Positions 21,513 to 31,754 of a stretch of 64,000 nt of DNA are shown here, one piece after another. Position numbers and translations under genes: made by a program. Position 1 is the stretch's first letter. Each line of letters opens with the position of its first letter. Below the pieces are notes generated by a model. That model did not search any database and was not told the DNA's origin. It saw only the letters and a list, made by a program, of their open reading frames with translations. The stretch comes from a bacterium (GTDB taxonomy: Bacteria; SAR324; XYD2-FULL-50-16; G965216635), in contig OZ244188.1 in assembly GCA_965216635.1 (NCBI GenBank), forward strand, positions 896,001 to 960,000, written 5' to 3'.

Positions 21513-22569
21513 TTTTAATATAGTTTAAGATTCCAAAAATTTTGATATAAAACAACCGTCTTGTTACTTTTATAAAGATCATTTGACAGTAATTATAAAA
21601 AGATAGTTTATCTCCAGTAGAATCTTGTCCTAAAAGGATAGATGTTAATTTCATTTGTTGTTTTGTAATATTTTTTTCCTTAACCCATTGAGATTTAAGA
21701 GCAGAGCTAAAACCAGAAAAAACTTTTTTTTTATTTACACGGGGATATCCGTAAAAATCCTTAATAGAAAGAATCTGATCAACTATTTTCTTTATTTCTT
21801 TTAAAGTCTGTGACTCTAATTTTTTCCGACCTGAAAAAAAGGGTGTATTTTTAGTATCAATTGTAATCCCAAACTTTTTAAGATGATTTTTAACAATCAA
21901 CAAATGTGCTTGTTTTTGTTTTTCCCTATTTGCTGTGCTATCTTGTTTATTATAAACACGATACCTATACAAAATTTCATCAATAGCAGCAAAAGAAAGA
22001 ACGGAGCATCCGTTCACCCAATAATCATAATCCTCTGCAGATTCTAATTGCTCATTAAAAAACAATTTATTCGCTTTAATTTTTTTCATTTTCACCATAC
22101 TGCCACCGGTTCCGAATGCACAATCAAACAAAAAAGTGGATTTAATTTGGAAATCAAGAAGAGCACTCTTAAGTATAAATTGACGGTCTCCAAAACAACC
22201 CAGATAACAACTTACTACATCTATATTGGGATTTTGTTTTAAATAATCTATTTGAGTTTGCAACCAGTGGGGCAAGCTGATATCATCGGCATCCATCCAT
22301 GCTATAAATTCTGTTTTGCAGTTTTTGAGTAGAATATTGCGACATTTTGCTTGTTTTTGATTTTTTCCATTGGTAAGAACTTGTATTCTTTTATCTTTCT
22401 TTGCATAGTCTTTTATGATTTCTAAACTCTTATCTGTGGAAGCATCGTCTAAAATCAAAAATTCAAAATTTCTGTAAGTTTGTGTTAAAATACTACTAAT
22501 ACTTTCGTCTAAAAACTTTTCCGCATTATAGACTGGCATTAAAACTGTTAAAAGAGGAAAGTTTTTCAT
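21502..22569 (-). CDS. Glycosyltransferase family 2, paralog
   Basis: VLMPVYNAEKFL, ILDDASTD, WMDADDIS, AEDYDYW. Confidence 0.92.
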   Translation of the reverse strand: MKNFPLLTVLMPVYNAEKFLDESISSILTQTYRNFEFLILDDASTDKSLEIIKDYAKKDKRIQVLTNGKNQKQAKCRNILLKNCKTEFIAWMDADDISLPHWLQTQIDYLKQNPNIDVVSCYLGCFGDRQFILKSALLDFQIKSTFLFDCAFGTGGSMVKMKKIKANKLFFNEQLESAEDYDYWVNGCSVLSFAAIDEILYRYRVYNKQDSTANREKQKQAHLLIVKNHLKKFGITIDTKNTPFFSGRKKLESQTLKEIKKIVDQILSIKDFYGYPRVNKKKVFSGFSSALKSQWVKEKNITKQQMKLTSILLGQDSTGDKLSFYNYCQMIFIKVTRRLFYIKIFGILNYIKTRF

Positions 22570-23636
22570 TTTAATAAAACTTTAATATAATTTCTAATAC
22601 CAAAAATTTTAATATCAAACATCCGTCTTGTTGCTTTTAGAAAAATCATTTGACAGTAGTTATAAAAAGACAGTTTATAACTAGCAAACTCTTGTCTCAA
22701 AGGATTATCTGCTAATTGCAATTGTTGTTTTGTAATATTTTTTTCCTTAATCCATTGAGATGTAAGAGCAGTGTGGAATCCATAAAAAACTACTTTTTTA
22801 TTTACACCAGGATATCCGTAAAAATCCTTAATAGAAAAAATCCGATCAACTATTTTCTTTATTTCTTTTAAAGTCTGTGATTCTGATTTATTCCAACCTA
22901 AAAAAAGGGGTATAATTTTAGTATCAATTGTAATCCCAAACTTTTTAAAATGATTTTTAACAATCAATAAATGTACTTGTTTTTGTTTTTCCCTATTTGC
23001 TACACTATCTTGTTTATTGTGAATATGATACTGGTACAATACTCTATCAATATTAGCAAAACGAACAAAAGGACAACAATCCACCCAATACTGAAAATCA
23101 GGTGCTGATTCTAAATTTTCATTATAAAAAATTTTATTTATTCTAATTTTTTCTATTTTTACCATACTGCACGGACTCACAACTGCACATCCGAATAAAA
23201 GATCAGATTTAATTTGGAGATCAAAAAGATTGTGCTTAATAAAACCTTTTCTGTCTCCAAAAATAGAACTGTATGCGCTAACTATATCTATATTGGGATT
23301 TTGGTTTAAAAAATCTATTTGTATTTGCAAACGTTCAGGTAGACTGATATCATCGGCATCCATCCAAGCAATAAATTCTGTTTTACAGTTTTTGAGTAAG
23401 ATATTGCGGCATTTTGCTTCTCCTTGATTTTTTCTATTGGTAAGAACAGAGATTCTTTTATCTTTCTTTGCATAGTTTTTTATTATTTCTAAACTATTGT
23501 CTGTGGAAGCATCGTCTAAAATCAAAAATTCAAAATTTCTGTAAGTTTGTGTTAAAATACTACTAATACTTTCGTCTAAAAACTTTTCAGCGTTATAGAC
23601 TGGCATTAAAACGGCAAGAGGATGGGTGTTTTTCAT
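22566..23636 (-). CDS. Glycosyltransferase family 2, paralog
   Basis: Same motifs; APDFQYW. Confidence 0.92.
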   Translation of the reverse strand: MKNTHPLAVLMPVYNAEKFLDESISSILTQTYRNFEFLILDDASTDNSLEIIKNYAKKDKRISVLTNRKNQGEAKCRNILLKNCKTEFIAWMDADDISLPERLQIQIDFLNQNPNIDIVSAYSSIFGDRKGFIKHNLFDLQIKSDLLFGCAVVSPCSMVKIEKIRINKIFYNENLESAPDFQYWVDCCPFVRFANIDRVLYQYHIHNKQDSVANREKQKQVHLLIVKNHFKKFGITIDTKIIPLFLGWNKSESQTLKEIKKIVDRIFSIKDFYGYPGVNKKVVFYGFHTALTSQWIKEKNITKQQLQLADNPLRQEFASYKLSFYNYCQMIFLKATRRMFDIKIFGIRNYIKVLLK

Positions 23637-24703
23637 TTTAATAAAACTTTAATATAATTTCTAATACCAAAAATTTTAATATTAAACAGCCGTCTTGTTG
23701 CTTTTAGAAAGATCATTTGACAGTAGTTATAAAAAGACAGTTTATAACTAGAAAACTCTTGTCTCAAAGTATTATCTGCTAATTGCAATTGTTGTTTTGT
23801 AATATTTTTTTCCTTAATCCATTGAGATGTAAGAGCAGTGTGGAATCCAGAAAAAACTACTTTTTTATTTACACCAGGATATCCGTAAAAATCCTTAATA
23901 GAAAAAATCCGATCAACTATTTTCTTTGTTTCTTTTAAAGTCTGTGACTCTAATTTCTTCCGAACTGAAAAAAATGGTATATTTTTAGTATCAATTGTAA
24001 TCCCAAACTTTTTAAAATGATTTTCAACAATCAATAAATGTACTTGTTTTTGTTTTTCCCTATTTGCTGTACTATCTTGTTTATTATGAATACGATACCG
24101 ATACAATACTCTATTAATATTAGCAAAACGAACAAAAGGACAACAATCCACCCAATATTGAAAATCAGGTGCTGATTCTAAATTTTCATTATAAAAAATT
24201 TTATTTATTCTAATTTTTTCTATTTTTACCATACTGCACGGACCCACAACTGCACATTTGAATAAAAGAACAGATTTAATTTGGAGATCAAAAAGATTGT
24301 GCTTAATAAAACCTTTTCCGTCTCCAAAAATAGAACTATATGCGCTAACTATATCTATATTGGGATTTTGGTTTAAAAAATCCATTTGTACTTGCAAACG
24401 TTCAGTTAGACTGATATCATCAGCATCCATCCAAGCTATAAATTCTGTTTTACAGTTTTTGAGTAGAATATTGCGACATTTTGCTTCTCCTTGATTTTTT
24501 CTATTGGTAAGAACAGAGATTCTTTTATCTTTCTTTGCATAGTTTTTTATTATTTCTAAACTCTTATCTGTGGAAGCATCGTCTAAAATTAAGAATTTAA
24601 AATTAGAGTAGGTTTGATTTAAAATACTTATGATACTTTCGTCTAAAAACTTTTCAGCGTTATAGACTGGCATTAAAACTGTTAAAAGAAGAGTGTTTTT
24701 CAT
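23633..24703 (-). CDS. Glycosyltransferase family 2, paralog
   Basis: Same motifs; start at 24703 (MKNTLLL) by alignment with the paralogs. Confidence 0.9.
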   Translation of the reverse strand: MKNTLLLTVLMPVYNAEKFLDESIISILNQTYSNFKFLILDDASTDKSLEIIKNYAKKDKRISVLTNRKNQGEAKCRNILLKNCKTEFIAWMDADDISLTERLQVQMDFLNQNPNIDIVSAYSSIFGDGKGFIKHNLFDLQIKSVLLFKCAVVGPCSMVKIEKIRINKIFYNENLESAPDFQYWVDCCPFVRFANINRVLYRYRIHNKQDSTANREKQKQVHLLIVENHFKKFGITIDTKNIPFFSVRKKLESQTLKETKKIVDRIFSIKDFYGYPGVNKKVVFSGFHTALTSQWIKEKNITKQQLQLADNTLRQEFSSYKLSFYNYCQMIFLKATRRLFNIKIFGIRNYIKVLLK

Positions 24704-24842
24704 TGCAAAAATTTTTGAGTTACTTTTCCGTGTTAACCAAAGTTTATTTTCTCCTTTAAAATCATAACCCAAAAGATTTTTAAAAACCAAAATTTGAAAT
24801 AACAAGCTAATTCCTTATACTAATTCAATAGTCTCTGTTTGT

Positions 24843-26510
24843 TTAATCCCCAAACAAAGAGAAAAAAGGATTTTCTAAAAGTGAAGTGAGATAATTCATA
24901 AAATGGGTAGCTTCTGCTCCATCTATGACTCTGTGGTCGTAGGAAAGGCTTAGCGGTAATATAAGGCGAGGAACGAGTTCTCCTTCTATGTATTTTGCTT
25001 CTAAACTACTTCTGGAGATTCCAAGAATTGCCACATCGGGCCAGTTGACGATAGGAGAAAAAAATTTTATTTTACCCAAACCTCCAAGACTAGAAACTGT
25101 AAAGCAACTACCTTGTATTTCTTCCGCACTCAGTTTTCTATCTCTTGCTTTTTGGGATAACTCGCCTACCTCTAAAGCAATTTGTAAAAGATTTTTTTTG
25201 TTCACATCTTTAAGAACAGGGACTAAAAGTCCATTTTCTGTATCTACTGCAAGTCCTAAGTGATAATATTTTTTTACAACAAGAGTTTGATTTTGGCTAT
25301 CATAACTAGCATTGAAATTAGGAAATTTAATTAAGGTTTTGATAAGGGCTTTGAGTAAAATAATGGTGAAAGTCAGTTTGCCTCCTTCTTTTTCTACCGA
25401 TTTTTTATATTTTTGACGCATCTTTTCTAAATCGGTAATGTCTATTTCGTTATGATTGGTTACTTGTGGTACGGCTTGCCAAGTAGCCGCCATATGTTGT
25501 GCAGTTATTTGTTTGATTTTGTTAAGATTAAAAATTTCTGTTTCTCCAAAGTTTGAAAAATCTGGTAATGCTCTTGTTGCACTAGACCTTTTTGATTGAT
25601 TGATTTTTTTAGAATGGGATTTTACATCGTCTATACAAATTCTTCCCCTAGAAAGAGTTCCTTTTACTTGCCGTATGTCAATACCAATTTCCCGAGCAAA
25701 GCGACGCACAATAGGAGACGCTGGAACAAGAATATTTTTTTTTATAGGGCTAGATGCAGAACTAGTGGAGGTAGCAGTTTGGGGCGTTCTTGTGTTTTTT
25801 TTTTCTACTGGATCTTTTCCCGTAGACTTTGTTTCTATAGATTTTTTTGTTACAGGTTCTTCTTCTACAGGCTCTTTTTTAGGCGAAGCGGTCTCTTGGG
25901 AATAGGTAATAAGAGTTAAAATTTCTTGGCCTGTTTTGATTTTATCCCCTTCTTTGATTGCAATAGATTCTACTTTTCCTGCAAAATCGGATGGAATTTC
26001 TATTGTAGATTTATCGGTTTCTAACTCTATTAAAATTGCTCCTTTTTCAATACCATCTCCTTTCTTGACAGCAATTTTTAAAATATTTGCTTCTTCTATA
26101 CCTTCCCCTAAATCCTTTAAAACTACAGATTGTGTTTTTTTAGCCGTAGCTTTAGCGGATGGTTTGGTTTCTTTTTGTTCGGGTTCTTTGGGGGATGGAG
26201 CAAGAGTATCCTGTTTTTCAGTCGTAGATTTTTTTATTTCTGGTTCTTCTTTAGAGGCTGGTTTTTGTTCAACACTACTTTCTTCTAAAATAGCAACAAC
26301 CATCCCTTGCTCTATACTATCTCCTACTTTTACTAATACTTCTTTGACTATTCCACAATCAGGCGAGGGTATCTCTAAAGTAGCCTTGTCTGTTTCTAGT
26401 TCTAAAATAATATCGTCTTTTTGAATTTCTTTACCTTTTTCTAAATGAACGGTTATTAGGGTAGATTCAGAGATATTTTCACCTAAGTTGGGAACTTTTA
26501 GCTCTATCAT
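24843..26510 (-). CDS. aceF: Pyruvate dehydrogenase E2 with two lipoyl domains
   Basis: ETDKAT and ETDKST lipoyl motifs, ASPIVRRFARE, SLSYDHRVIDGA. Confidence 0.95.
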   Translation of the reverse strand: MIELKVPNLGENISESTLITVHLEKGKEIQKDDIILELETDKATLEIPSPDCGIVKEVLVKVGDSIEQGMVVAILEESSVEQKPASKEEPEIKKSTTEKQDTLAPSPKEPEQKETKPSAKATAKKTQSVVLKDLGEGIEEANILKIAVKKGDGIEKGAILIELETDKSTIEIPSDFAGKVESIAIKEGDKIKTGQEILTLITYSQETASPKKEPVEEEPVTKKSIETKSTGKDPVEKKNTRTPQTATSTSSASSPIKKNILVPASPIVRRFAREIGIDIRQVKGTLSRGRICIDDVKSHSKKINQSKRSSATRALPDFSNFGETEIFNLNKIKQITAQHMAATWQAVPQVTNHNEIDITDLEKMRQKYKKSVEKEGGKLTFTIILLKALIKTLIKFPNFNASYDSQNQTLVVKKYYHLGLAVDTENGLLVPVLKDVNKKNLLQIALEVGELSQKARDRKLSAEEIQGSCFTVSSLGGLGKIKFFSPIVNWPDVAILGISRSSLEAKYIEGELVPRLILPLSLSYDHRVIDGAEATHFMNYLTSLLENPFFSLFGD

Positions 26511-26520
26511 TTTTTGGAAA

Positions 26521-29196
26521 TTATTTAGTCATTGGGTTGATTTTATCTTTCTTGAGATTGAGTTTTTTTACAATTTCTGTGTGTTTCGTTTTATCTATTT
26601 TTTTTTGTTTTAGCAGTGTATTTGCAGCGGCTAGAACAATGTAGCATTCTGAAACTTCAAAATGATCTCTTAAATTATTTCTAGTTTCACTCAATCCAAA
26701 GCCATCGGTGCCTAAAGAAACCATTTCTAAAGGCATCCAACGATGGACTGCATCCGATAATACTTTCATATAATCAGAAACACAGACAACAATGCCTTTT
26801 TCTTTTTCAAAAAGTTGGGTTAGATAGGGTTTTTCTTCTGTATCTTTAGTGTCTAGTAAATTTTTTCTATCCGCTTCTAAACCATCTTTTCTAAGCTCTG
26901 TCCAGCTAGTAACATTCCAAATATCTACTGAAATACCGTATGAATTAAGAATTTTTTGTGCAGGTAGACAGCATTGGTGTAAAATAGTTCCGCTAGATAA
27001 TAGATGCACCTTCAAATCTTTTGCTTTTTGTTGGGGTGTTTCCTTTTGTTTGTGGAGTGGATAAATTCCTTTTATTATACCTTCTTCGCAACCTTCTGGC
27101 ATAGGCGGCATTTCAATATTTTCATTTTCTAAAGTTAGGTAGTAAAACTCATCTTTTTGTTGATTATACATTCTATCCAACCCTTCCTTAATGATAACAG
27201 CTATATCGTAAGCGTAAGTCGGATCATAGCTTTTTATATTGGGAATTGTACTTGCTAAAACATGACTATGTCCGTCTTGGTGTTGCAAACCTTCCCCGTT
27301 GAGAGTAGTTCTTCCAGCAGTGCCACCAAGCATAAATCCTTTGACCATCATATCACCCGCTGCCCAAGCTAAATCTCCTATTCTCTGAAATCCAAACATA
27401 GAGTAATACACAAAGAAAGGAATCATCGGCACACCATAATTAGCATAAGCACTGCCCACTGCGTTAAAAGAGCTCATAGCCCCAGCTTCATTGATGCCTT
27501 CTTCCAGCATTTGTCCGTCTTTGGCTTCTTTGTAATAAAGCAGACTGTCTTTATCTACAGGCTCGTAAAGCTGTCCGACAGAGGCATAAATTCCAATAGA
27601 GCTAAAAAGAGTCTCCATACCAAAAGTTCTCGCTTCGTCTGGAACTATAGGAACTATGTATTTTCCTATTCCTTTGTCTTTGAGTAGTTTTGTAAGCACC
27701 CTAACAAAAGCTACAGTAGAAGAAACTTCTCTCCCTTTACTGCCTGCATAAAATTCTTCAAAAAGTTTTACGTCCAGTTCCAAAGGAGGAAAATTAACTT
27801 TTCTTTGCGGTATAAATCCGCCTAGTTTTTTTCTTTGCTGTAACAAATACTGCATTTCTGCAGAATCTTCGGCTGGTTTATAAAAAGGCAAATCGTTGAT
27901 TTTTTCTTGGGAAATGGGAATATCAAACCGAATACAGAATTTTTTTAATTCCGTCTCAGCTAGTTTTTTTTGTTGATGGGTTACATTTCGTCCTTGCATA
28001 GTCTCCCCCATACCATAACCTTTAACGGAATGGGCTAAAATCACAGAAGGTGTATCTTTATCATCTACTGCATTTTTGTAAGCTGCATACATTTTATTAG
28101 GGTCGTGTCCGCCTCTGTTGAGTTTTGTTAAATCATCATTGGTTAGATGTTTGACCATCTCTAGCAGTTCGGGGTATTTTCCAAAAAAATGCTTGCGGAT
28201 ATAAGCTCCCGATTCCACAGAGTATTTTTGAAAAGTCCCGTCTGGTTCCTCAGACATTCTTTGTATTAAAAGAGCAGCGTCTGGGTGCGCTAGCAAAGAA
28301 TCCCATTTGCCACCCCAAATTACTTTAATCACATTCCATTTTGCTCCTTGAAAAATTCCCGCTAACTCTTGGATAATTTTTCCATTACCTCTAACAGGCC
28401 CATCCAATCGTTGCAAATTACAATTAATTACAAAAATTAAATTCCCTAAATTTCCCCGCTCTGCCAAACGAATCGCAGATAAAGTTTCTGGTTCATCGGT
28501 TTCTCCATCACCAATAAAAGCCCAAACATTACAATCATTTTTAGGGATTAGTCCTCTATTTTGTAAATACCTCATAAATCTTGCTTGGTAAATTGCCATC
28601 ACAGGACCCAAACCCATAGACACAGTCGGAAACTGCCAAAAATTTCTCATTAAACGCGGATGCGGATAAGAAGACAATCCTCCTTCTTCTGCTAACTCTC
28701 TACGGAAATTTTTAAGGTGATTCTCATTAAAAGTGCCTTCTAAAAAAGAACGAGCATAAATACCGGGAGAAGAATGTCCTTTAAAAAAAATCAAATCACC
28801 TGGAGAATTTTCTGTAGGGGCTTTAAAAAAATGGTTAAATCCTACTTCTAACATAGTAGCTTCCGATGCAAAAGTAGAAATATGCCCACCTACATCTGCA
28901 TCACCGCGGTTCGCTTTGACAACCATAGCCATAGCATTCCACCGCACGAGATTTTTTATTTTTCGCTCCAGATCTCTATTACCGGGATACTTCGGTTGTT
29001 CTTGCAGAGGAATAGTATTTGTATAGGGTGTATTGAGTTTGTAAGGACTACGAATATTTTGTTGATAGGCGTGAATATCTAAATTTTCCAGCAATTTTTT
29101 TGCTCTTTCTATACCATCTGTTTCAATAATATAATCTAAGGAATCTTGCCATTCTTTAAATTCCTCATCAATAAGTTTTGTGGTTTCTTCGCTCAT
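26521..29196 (-). CDS. aceE: Pyruvate dehydrogenase E1, homodimeric type
   Basis: RWNAMAMV, GGHIST, QFPTVSMGLGP, GDGETDEPE, GEGLQHQDGHS. Confidence 0.98.
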   Translation of the reverse strand: MSEETTKLIDEEFKEWQDSLDYIIETDGIERAKKLLENLDIHAYQQNIRSPYKLNTPYTNTIPLQEQPKYPGNRDLERKIKNLVRWNAMAMVVKANRGDADVGGHISTFASEATMLEVGFNHFFKAPTENSPGDLIFFKGHSSPGIYARSFLEGTFNENHLKNFRRELAEEGGLSSYPHPRLMRNFWQFPTVSMGLGPVMAIYQARFMRYLQNRGLIPKNDCNVWAFIGDGETDEPETLSAIRLAERGNLGNLIFVINCNLQRLDGPVRGNGKIIQELAGIFQGAKWNVIKVIWGGKWDSLLAHPDAALLIQRMSEEPDGTFQKYSVESGAYIRKHFFGKYPELLEMVKHLTNDDLTKLNRGGHDPNKMYAAYKNAVDDKDTPSVILAHSVKGYGMGETMQGRNVTHQQKKLAETELKKFCIRFDIPISQEKINDLPFYKPAEDSAEMQYLLQQRKKLGGFIPQRKVNFPPLELDVKLFEEFYAGSKGREVSSTVAFVRVLTKLLKDKGIGKYIVPIVPDEARTFGMETLFSSIGIYASVGQLYEPVDKDSLLYYKEAKDGQMLEEGINEAGAMSSFNAVGSAYANYGVPMIPFFVYYSMFGFQRIGDLAWAAGDMMVKGFMLGGTAGRTTLNGEGLQHQDGHSHVLASTIPNIKSYDPTYAYDIAVIIKEGLDRMYNQQKDEFYYLTLENENIEMPPMPEGCEEGIIKGIYPLHKQKETPQQKAKDLKVHLLSSGTILHQCCLPAQKILNSYGISVDIWNVTSWTELRKDGLEADRKNLLDTKDTEEKPYLTQLFEKEKGIVVCVSDYMKVLSDAVHRWMPLEMVSLGTDGFGLSETRNNLRDHFEVSECYIVLAAANTLLKQKKIDKTKHTEIVKKLNLKKDKINPMTK

Positions 29197-29252
29197 AGTT
29201 TTAGATAGTTAGATATTTTTATAAAAAAAATTTGTGGGATGATTTGTTATAT

Positions 29253-29522
29253 TTATTTTAATTTCCATTTCTTTGTTAGTGGATCTCTTTGTACTTTATC
29301 CTTTGCTTCCAATTCCCGAAACAAAGCAACAACCCAATATTGTTGATGAGATGATGTTGCATTCTTCTTTTCACCCCAATCAAAACCACACATTCTAAAA
29401 ATTTCAGCTAGGTTTAATCCCTGTTGATCAGATTTACAATTTTCATTTTTTTGCATGAAATCCAATACAAGAGATTTTGACAAATCTTTTATTTCATTAC
29501 CTCTTGTTTCATATTCAGTCAT
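29253..29522 (-). CDS. Small hypothetical protein, possibly winged helix, downstream of the REase
   Basis: MTEYETRG..GLNLAEIFRMCG..LFRELEAKDKVQRD..WKLK; ATG at 29522 preferred. Confidence 0.55.
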   Translation of the reverse strand: MTEYETRGNEIKDLSKSLVLDFMQKNENCKSDQQGLNLAEIFRMCGFDWGEKKNATSSHQQYWVVALFRELEAKDKVQRDPLTKKWKLK

Positions 29523-29594
29523 GTTTTTTCTTTTTTTCTGTGGTTTAACAAATTGTATACTATAATTTACAAAAATTTTCACACACAACAAAAT

Positions 29595-30395
29595 TTATTT
29601 TAATTCTAAAACTTTCAATGAAGTTTTTGCAACATTAAACACAATGGGTAACATTTCTTTAATTGTCCAACTTGTTGCCTTGGTAAATATTGATGCTGCT
29701 TGTAGCATTATTGTTTTATTATCAGAAATAATAAAAATATTTTCACAACAATTTTTATTTATTGGCATACTGTAATTGGCAGCAGTTATTCTATCAATCC
29801 TATTCAATGATCCAACATTGTGTCGCAATTTTACAATACGACCATCTGGTCTTGAAACAGATTTGACTTTAGTAAGAAAGTTTGAACCTTGTAAAAATAA
29901 AACATAAGGAAAATACTTCTCATTAATCATAATATTTCTGATTTCATTTATGTTTTTGTGTGACCGCTCAATAGCATTTCCAGCCACCATAATATCTTCA
30001 TCATTATTTTTACCTACTAAAATACCTTTTTTAATATTTTCAATATCCTTTCCTTGATGTTTTGCTTCTGACACAAGGACAATTCTCCACTGATTATTTT
30101 TATCTTTAACTTCTATAATCCCTCCATCTGGTTTAATAGCGGCGTTATTGACAAAGATTGTGACACCTAAACGTTTGTCTATAGTATTTAGCTTCTTATT
30201 AATTTCATTCTTTTCAATTTTGTTTCGATAGCGGAACTCCAAGAGTGGAAATTCATTTTTAAGTGATTCAAGAATCAATTTTGATAAATTTTTTACTGAA
30301 ATGTCATGCAATTGTGCCGAAATGCCAAAAATTCCTATAGTGCCTTTACTTTGTACGTGCTGTTTACTCAGTCTATCTGTCTGTTTTTTTCCCAT
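29595..30395 (-). CDS. EcoRI/RsrI-family type II restriction endonuclease (predicted GAATTC)
   Basis: IKPDGGIIEV, VSEAKHQG, AGNAIERSHKNI, FPYVLFLQGSNF and NRIDRITAANY closely follow EcoRI. Confidence 0.93.
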   Translation of the reverse strand: MGKKQTDRLSKQHVQSKGTIGIFGISAQLHDISVKNLSKLILESLKNEFPLLEFRYRNKIEKNEINKKLNTIDKRLGVTIFVNNAAIKPDGGIIEVKDKNNQWRIVLVSEAKHQGKDIENIKKGILVGKNNDEDIMVAGNAIERSHKNINEIRNIMINEKYFPYVLFLQGSNFLTKVKSVSRPDGRIVKLRHNVGSLNRIDRITAANYSMPINKNCCENIFIISDNKTIMLQAASIFTKATSWTIKEMLPIVFNVAKTSLKVLELK

Positions 30396-30433
30396 ATGAT
30401 TTGGTTAACTCATGCAAATAACTAGTTTTTTAA

Positions 30434-31396
30434 TCATGCAACGTTTTTATTTTTAAAAGTTGATTTAGAAATTTCACTCATAGCAGTATCCATGTCTATA
30501 TTCTTTAAAATAGTATATGGCTTGATTAATAGGTTATTAATCTGTAATAAATGAAATTGGAAATATTCATTTAGCATTGGATTGTTATCTACTAATAATG
30601 AATTCCTTCCTTCTTCGATGCAAACACGCCCTGTTGTTCCAGAGCCCGCAAAAAAATCTAAAACTGTAGCTCCAGGATATGATAATCCACGGACAAATCT
30701 ACGAATTATTTCAACGGGTTTTTGCGTCGGATGTCCAACCCTTTCCTTAGAGTTACCATTCAATCTACTTATCTCCCATACATTCGTAGGATTTTTTCCC
30801 TTATCCACGCTTTCAGGATTTAAACGCTTATCTTTTTTATATAATTTTTTGGTTACCTCATCATATGGATTTCTTACTGAATCTAAGTCAAAATAATATT
30901 TTTTTGTTTTTGATAACCAAATTGCCTCTTCATGTCTATTCGCAAAGAATCGGTGCGCACTCATACCATTTTTGTAATACCAAATTATCAAATTCACAAA
31001 CCGAAGATCTGTTGAGTGTCTAGTATAGTAAAGTATTTCTAATAGGTCACCTTTTTTAAGGTCTTGATATTGAAACCCACCAAATATTACACAATTACCA
31101 GAATTTGACAATATACGATATATTTCGTCCAGCCATGTTTTAGCCCATTCAAGATAGTTTTCAAAAGTATCCCAATAGTCTAAGTCTAAGTTATAAGGAG
31201 GGTCAATTAATATTAATTGAATGGAGGCGTCAGGTATACGCTTTAAAGATTTTACAGCATCCTTGATAAATAACGCATGAACAGTTTTTTCAATTTTGTG
31301 TGATGACGTGTCTATGGCGGCACTATGACTAATTCCACATTTTTTTTGATTGTTTATTGTAATGTGACCTTTATTGAAGTGAGATTTATTTGGCAT
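30434..31396 (-). CDS. Beta-class N6-adenine MTase, M.RsrI-like
   Basis: DPPY precedes DFFAGSG; NGMSAHRFFANRHEE, KRLNPESV, RLNGNSKERVGHPTQKP as recalled for M.RsrI. Confidence 0.92.
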   Translation of the reverse strand: MPNKSHFNKGHITINNQKKCGISHSAAIDTSSHKIEKTVHALFIKDAVKSLKRIPDASIQLILIDPPYNLDLDYWDTFENYLEWAKTWLDEIYRILSNSGNCVIFGGFQYQDLKKGDLLEILYYTRHSTDLRFVNLIIWYYKNGMSAHRFFANRHEEAIWLSKTKKYYFDLDSVRNPYDEVTKKLYKKDKRLNPESVDKGKNPTNVWEISRLNGNSKERVGHPTQKPVEIIRRFVRGLSYPGATVLDFFAGSGTTGRVCIEEGRNSLLVDNNPMLNEYFQFHLLQINNLLIKPYTILKNIDMDTAMSEISKSTFKNKNVA

Positions 31397-31507
31397 TGTT
31401 GTAGATTTTTTTATCAGTTTTGGTTCATATTATCTAACATTCAAATTCAGCAATAGCATATTGCTACCCGCTAAAATGATTTTTAGTTATTTGGACTTAC
31501 TGAAATT

Positions 31508-31754
31508 TTTTGAATTAGACATTATAGGAAAACTAGGCAAGACGCGAAAGTTTTTTATTACGAGGAATATCGTAGTGCCACAATAATGGGACCAGGCACT
31601 ACAAAACTTGCATAATGCAAAAAATAAATGTAAAAGAGCCAGCGGCTCTTTTACTATATTCTTTACTTTATCTTATGCAATAAGACAAGTATTTTGAGAA
31701 ATAAAAAACTTGAGCAACGCTGCATAGGCTAAACAGAATGCAAATTCAAAGATT
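31508..31754 (+). mobile_element. MITE-like element, diverged, left end decayed
   Basis: ggaatatcgtagtgccacaataatggg..gtaaaagagccagcggctcttttac..caacgctgcataggctaaacagaatgcaaattcaaa. Confidence 0.75.

Noticed and set aside
25596..26424. Several + strand ORFs opposite aceF, and similar antisense ORFs elsewhere
   Set aside because: Shadow frames of well-supported genes with no independent motifs
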